From a virus: a stretch of DNA of 64,000 nucleotides. How positions within the stretch are numbered: position 1 is the stretch's first letter; each line of letters starts with the position of its first letter. The notes under the pieces are model-generated. The model was not told where the DNA came from. It saw nothing but the letters and a program-made list of their open reading frames with translations, and made no database searches. The stretch is from the IMG/VR virus record IMGVR_UViG_3300026130_000003, positions 8,017 through 72,016 of that record, one strand, 5' to 3'. The position numbers and the translations under genes are program-made. Of this stretch, positions 59,601 through 64,000 are shown one piece after another.

Positions 59601-62600
59601 ATGGCTGAAAGAATTAGTTTTGGGGATAGATTATTCCTAGAGGGCGAGAGACTTGTACTAGATAACGGTCCTACCGAAATACCAATTATAGAATCAATGA
59701 GTGGCACGATAGAGATCCGTGCTAACCTAATTGTACAGGGTAACACCACAACTGTGAACACAGAAACGGTAGTTATGGAAGATCCTGTGATTACTCTTAA
59801 TCACTTGTTTGAAGGAGATCCTGATAATCCAGCAGGAAACTTTGAATATTTATTGACTTCAAAAGATTATTCTGCCAATGAGTCAGGTAACGGTTCCCCT
59901 TATACTGCCAATGTAATGTTAACAGGTCTTGAAGTCGAACGTGGTGATTTAGATAATGTTCGTTTCTTGTGGGATGAATCATATGACCGTTGGACAACAG
60001 AAGATCAAAACTTCTTCGTAGGCGGCACATTCACTACTTACGATTTGGAAGTAATGAATAATGCTAATATCGGCAACGAACTAAGAGTAGAAAACGATAC
60101 ATTTATGTATGGTGATCTGACTCTAGGTCCTGACACTGCAGGAGCAGACGCTGGTGATTCTACTAACTTTTATCATACCGGTGACCAAGTACATACTGGT
60201 GACACTACACAAACTGGTGACTACAATTTAACTGGTAACATTTCTCACGCTGGTAACACTAACCAAACAGGCAATGTAACGCAAAACGGTGATTATGATT
60301 TAACTGGTCGTTTGACTCATGTAGGTGAGACAGACCACACCGGTAATACTAACCAAACAGGTAATTACACTGTTACTGGTGATGTTCGTATCACCGGATC
60401 TTTATTCCAAGACGGTGAAACTACTTCTCTAAAATCAAATGGCGGCACAGTTATAGAATCTAACACTAGTACCACTATTACAAGTCCTCAGATAACAGCC
60501 GACGGGGACATGATAGACCTGAATGCCACTACTGATGTTACTACTTCCGCACCATTAGTAAGAACCAACGCAGAAAACATTCAATTATCAGCAACATATT
60601 CTTACACACTTACATCTGATACTGCATCGTTAAACACTAGAGTTACTACTTTGTCATCTAGTGAATTAATTGATTTAAACGCTCCTACTATTACTGGCGC
60701 CTCTACTGACATGAACCTGAGCGCAACTAATAACATGGGAGTTACAGTAGGCAGTAGTTACAATTTGCAGACTGATACTACTAATATGTCTGCAAACAAT
60801 ACTTCAATGTATAGTGCCGAAACAACATCGGTTAGTAGCGGAAATGTATTGAATTTGACCAGTACAAATGTGGCAAACTTCGGCAGTGACGATGTTAATA
60901 TTAACGGTGATAATACGCTTACACTAAATTCACCTGATACCGATATTTTGGCTACAACGTATGATTTGAATGCTACTGCCATCACACAACAGGGTGATAC
61001 TATAACATCTAACGCATTGACTTACACGGTGAATGCGGTTGATACCGTTATGAACGGTAACACATTGGACATTAATATGGGTCAGTCTATCAACACTGAT
61101 ACCACTACCCTAACAACTAATACTACTACTTCTACTCATACTAATTCTGGTGTATACACCATAACAACTGATGATTATATTCTAAATGCTAACACTACGG
61201 ATATCAATTCTGCTGATAGCATTAACATGGATACAAATGCGTATGTTACTAACAGTACAAATTCTACGCATACTGTAACTAGTAACTATTCATTAAGTGC
61301 CAATAATATTTCACAAACCGCAACCAATGATTACAGCATTACATCGGATGATTACACTTTAAACACTGATACTACTGATATCAATTCAACTACATCTGTT
61401 AATTTAGATACTAATGCGTATGTTACAAACACAAATAACACAACACATACAGCAACTAATGACTATACTGTAAATGCGGATGATTACATTCTAAATGCTA
61501 ACACTACTGATATTAATTCTGCTGACAGTATTAATGTAGATACTAATGCGTATGTTACAAATACAAATAACACAACGCATACAACTACAAATGACTACAC
61601 TGTAAATGCGGATGATTACATTCTAAATGCTAACACCGCAGATATCAATTCTACTGATTCAATCAATGTAGACACCAATGCGTATGTAGTTAACACAAAC
61701 AATAGTACTCATACAACTACAAATGACTACACTGTAAATGCGGATGATTATATTCTAAATGCAAACACAACAGATATCAATTCAACTACATCTGTCAACA
61801 TGGATACCAATGCGTATGTTACCAATACGAATAATACAACGCATACAGCAACTAATGATTACACTGTAAATGCTGATGATTATATCCTAAATGCTGATAC
61901 TACTGATATCAATTCAACTACATCGGTTAATTTGGATACTAATGCATATGTTACAAACACAAATAACACAACACATACAGCAACTAATGATTACACTGTA
62001 AATGCTGATGATTATATCCTAAATGCTGATACTACTGATATCAATTCAACTACATCGGTTAATTTGGATACCTCGACATACACTAGTAATACAACTACTA
62101 CAAATGAGAATTCTACAACTCATAATATTAATACTACGAATTTGAATATTACTGGTACAGTATCTCAAACCGGCAATGTTGATATTACTGGCGATTTAGG
62201 AGTTGATGGCGATACAGTTATTACAGGTAACTTAACAGTTCAAGGTACAACTACTACAGTTGATTCTGTAACAGTTGAAATTGCTGACAACATTCTTCTT
62301 TTGAATAGTAACTTTGAAGGTGACCCGAATACTACACCGGTAGATGGCGGCATTGAAATTGAACGAGGTACAGGCACTAATGTAAAACTGTACTGGGATG
62401 AATCTGCTGACACCTGGACAACTGATTCGCAGGATTTTACAACTACTGGTACTATCCACACAAAAGACCTCGAGGTATCAGGTAACGCCGCTATTGGCGG
62501 AACCACTACAATGTCTGATGACTTGACATTGACAGGTGAGTTTTCTGTCACAGGTAATACAACACAATCTGGTGATGTAACAACCACTGGTAACTATGAT

Positions 62601-64000
62601 ATTACTGGTAATACAACACAATCTGGTGATGTAACCACTACCGGTGATTACAATATCACTGGTAATACAACACAATCTGGTGATGTAACAACCACTGGTA
62701 ATTATGATATTACTGGTAATACCACACAATCCGGTGATGTGACAACTACGGGTAATTACACTATAACAGGTAATATACAATTAGACGGTGAGTTGTCAAG
62801 TAGTGCTGGATTGACTGGAAATTTGACAGGTAATGTATTCGGTAACGCTGACACTGCTAGTAAATGGTTTACTCCAAGAACCGTAACATTTGCTACTGGT
62901 GATGTTAGTGGCAGTTTCACTATTGACGGCAGTGCAGATGTATCAAACGTTAATCTACAAGTTGCAAACGATAGTCACACTCACGATGGTCGATACTGGA
63001 CTGAAACAGAAAACGAAAACGAAATCTCACGTTCTGTTCCTGCAGGTGCTGAAGGACAAGTACCATTTATCGCAATTGATGGTACTCGCACATCAGAGCA
63101 AGATTACACTCTAAGTTTCGGACAGTTTATTGAAAACGACACTGAACTTACTGAAGCACAATCAAATATTGTAACATTCCAAGAAGTGTTTGATACTTGG
63201 TATCGTTTCTCACATACAACAAGTACAGCACAGCCGGCAATACCATCTGAAACTACAGCATGGTCTTACGATTCTATCAATGATAAGATTCAAAATACAA
63301 CTAACTCTGCTTCTTATATTGGTATGGTGTCTTATAGTAGACTTGCTAACTATACGCACGAAGTACGATTATCTTCTGTTAATTCAGATGATGATGCTAT
63401 CGGCGTTCTAATTGCATGGTATACAGATCCATCTGACGGCAGAGAGTACACACTATCTGCTGTCCGTACGCCAGGTGGTAACGGATTTACTTGGAGTATT
63501 ATTTATAACTATGCACGATCAGACGCGTGGGTTGTCGCCGACGGTACTTCTTCTATCAAATGGGGTAATGGCAACTACGGTGCTACATCGGGCGCGGCAG
63601 GTTACGTTACTAACCAAACAGTAGGCGGATGGGATGACTTTGGCACGATCGGTACTAAAGTAAAAATTCAACGTGCTGGTGATAGTATTACTGCTCAAAC
63701 AACAGACCTAGGCTCTAATACATATGTAGGAGGAGCCGCAGTTCTTAATGTTGATTTGACAAGTGATCCTAGACTTGCTAAATTCCGTGGTCCTAAAGCA
63801 TACGGTTACACATCTTTCTCACAGGCAAACTCTACGTGGGATGTATTAGAACTAACTGACCCTCTAAACTCAATTATTGATATTCGTGATGGTTCAGTGT
63901 ACTACTATGTTGGTGGTTCTTGGGTTCTTCAATCAGGAGTTGACATTTTTGATGAAGTGGGTATAGGTCGATTTGTTTACAACAGTAACACTCAGAAGAT
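59601..64000 (+). CDS. Long tail fibre / beta-helical virion protein (more than 1466 aa, runs off the window)
   Basis: Not in the ORF track. ATG at 59601 (MAERISFGDRLFLEG) after late box GATAAATA at 59536-59543. Reading frame checked at several points up to 64000. Rich in T/N/G/D repeats, with an SHTH motif. Confidence 0.8.
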   Translation, partial: MAERISFGDRLFLEGERLVLDNGPTEIPIIESMSGTIEIRANLIVQGNTTTVNTETVVMEDPVITLNHLFEGDPDNPAGNFEYLLTSKDYSANESGNGSPYTANVMLTGLEVERGDLDNVRFLWDESYDRWTTEDQNFFVGGTFTTYDLEVMNNANIGNELRVENDTFMYGDLTLGPDTAGADAGDSTNFYHTGDQVHTGDTTQTGDYNLTGNISHAGNTNQTGNVTQNGDYDLTGRLTHVGETDHTGNTNQTGNYTVTGDVRITGSLFQDGETTSLKSNGGTVIESNTSTTITSPQITADGDMIDLNATTDVTTSAPLVRTNAENIQLSATYSYTLTSDTASLNTRVTTLSSSELIDLNAPTITGASTDMNLSATNNMGVTVGSSYNLQTDTTNMSANNTSMYSAETTSVSSGNVLNLTSTNVANFGSDDVNINGDNTLTLNSPDTDILATTYDLNATAITQQGDTITSNALTYTVNAVDTVMNGNTLDINMGQSINTDTTTLTTNTTTSTHTNSGVYTITTDDYILNANTTDINSADSINMDTNAYVTNSTNSTHTVTSNYSLSANNISQTATNDYSITSDDYTLNTDTTDINSTTSVNLDTNAYVTNTNNTTHTATNDYTVNADDYILNANTTDINSADSINVDTNAYVTNTNNTTHTTTNDYTVNADDYILNANTADINSTDSINVDTNAYVVNTNNSTHTTTNDYTVNADDYILNANTTDINSTTSVNMDTNAYVTNTNNTTHTATNDYTVNADDYILNADTTDINSTTSVNLDTNAYVTNTNNTTHTATNDYTVNADDYILNADTTDINSTTSVNLDTSTYTSNTTTTNENSTTHNINTTNLNITGTVSQTGNVDITGDLGVDGDTVITGNLTVQGTTTTVDSVTVEIADNILLLNSNFEGDPNTTPVDGGIEIERGTGTNVKLYWDESADTWTTDSQDFTTTGTIHTKDLEVSGNAAIGGTTTMSDDLTLTGEFSVTGNTTQSGDVTTTGNYDITGNTTQSGDVTTTGDYNITGNTTQSGDVTTTGNYDITGNTTQSGDVTTTGNYTITGNIQLDGELSSSAGLTGNLTGNVFGNADTASKWFTPRTVTFATGDVSGSFTIDGSADVSNVNLQVANDSHTHDGRYWTETENENEISRSVPAGAEGQVPFIAIDGTRTSEQDYTLSFGQFIENDTELTEAQSNIVTFQEVFDTWYRFSHTTSTAQPAIPSETTAWSYDSINDKIQNTTNSASYIGMVSYSRLANYTHEVRLSSVNSDDDAIGVLIAWYTDPSDGREYTLSAVRTPGGNGFTWSIIYNYARSDAWVVADGTSSIKWGNGNYGATSGAAGYVTNQTVGGWDDFGTIGTKVKIQRAGDSITAQTTDLGSNTYVGGAAVLNVDLTSDPRLAKFRGPKAYGYTSFSQANSTWDVLELTDPLNSIIDIRDGSVYYYVGGSWVLQSGVDIFDEVGIGRFVYNSNTQK
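61170..62070 (+). repeat. Coding tandem repeat with a 132-nt (44-aa) unit, about 7 copies
   Basis: Unit DDYILNANTTDINSADSINVDTNAYVTNTNNTTHTTTNDYTVNA starts at 61170, 61347, 61479, 61611, 61743, 61875 and 62007. Confidence 0.9.
62550..62765 (+). repeat. Coding tandem repeat with a 54-nt (18-aa) unit, 4 copies
   Basis: TGNTTQSGDVTTTGNYDI and close variants. Confidence 0.9.

Noticed and set aside
61170-62765. CRISPR-like or non-coding repeat array
   Set aside because: Unit lengths are multiples of three, there are no unique spacers, and variation is mostly synonymous within an open frame.
62890-63624. Three small plus-strand ORFs from the track
   Set aside because: They are out-of-frame fragments inside the long fibre ORF that starts at 59601.
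1-64000. Stop-codon reassignment, as seen in some jumbo phages
   Set aside because: Conserved genes are full length in the standard code, and TAA, TGA and TAG all occur as plausible gene ends.

Overview
The window is part of an AT-rich, jumbo-sized myophage genome with T4-superfamily structural genes. It contains no rRNA, tRNA or CRISPR array that I can recognise. From left to right: an FG-GAP beta-propeller gene truncated by the window edge; an OB-fold gene; a minus-strand sugar-modification cluster (UDP-sugar dehydrogenase, radical SAM enzyme, several glycosyltransferase-like genes); a long minus-strand baseplate operon (fibre/whisker proteins, a 3491-aa wedge protein, gp6-, gp25-, gp5-, gp27-, gp53- and gp48/54-like genes) interrupted by a second FG-GAP propeller and clpP; an Hc1-like basic protein, gp46/gp47 and a gp55-like late sigma factor; more GT-like and SGNH genes; DNA ligase; a Holliday-junction resolvase; a hub-assembly/tail-chaperone gene divergent from a tape-measure-like gene; the head module (portal, core, protease, scaffold, MCP); a Hef-like homing endonuclease; and a tail-fibre ORF of more than 1466 aa that runs off the right end. 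The most interesting signals are at the RNA level and are not in the ORF track. (1) A ~450-nt, highly structured, minus-strand non-coding RNA candidate at ~47435-47875. (2) A textbook -1 frameshift signal (A_AAU_UUU, 6-nt spacer, 7-bp hairpin) that would extend the tail-chaperone-like protein by 77 aa. (3) A self-contained ~110-nt sRNA gene at 38261-38370 with its own promoter, an anti-Shine-Dalgarno-like CU-rich loop and a terminator. All base pairing and counts were done by hand; no database searches were run.
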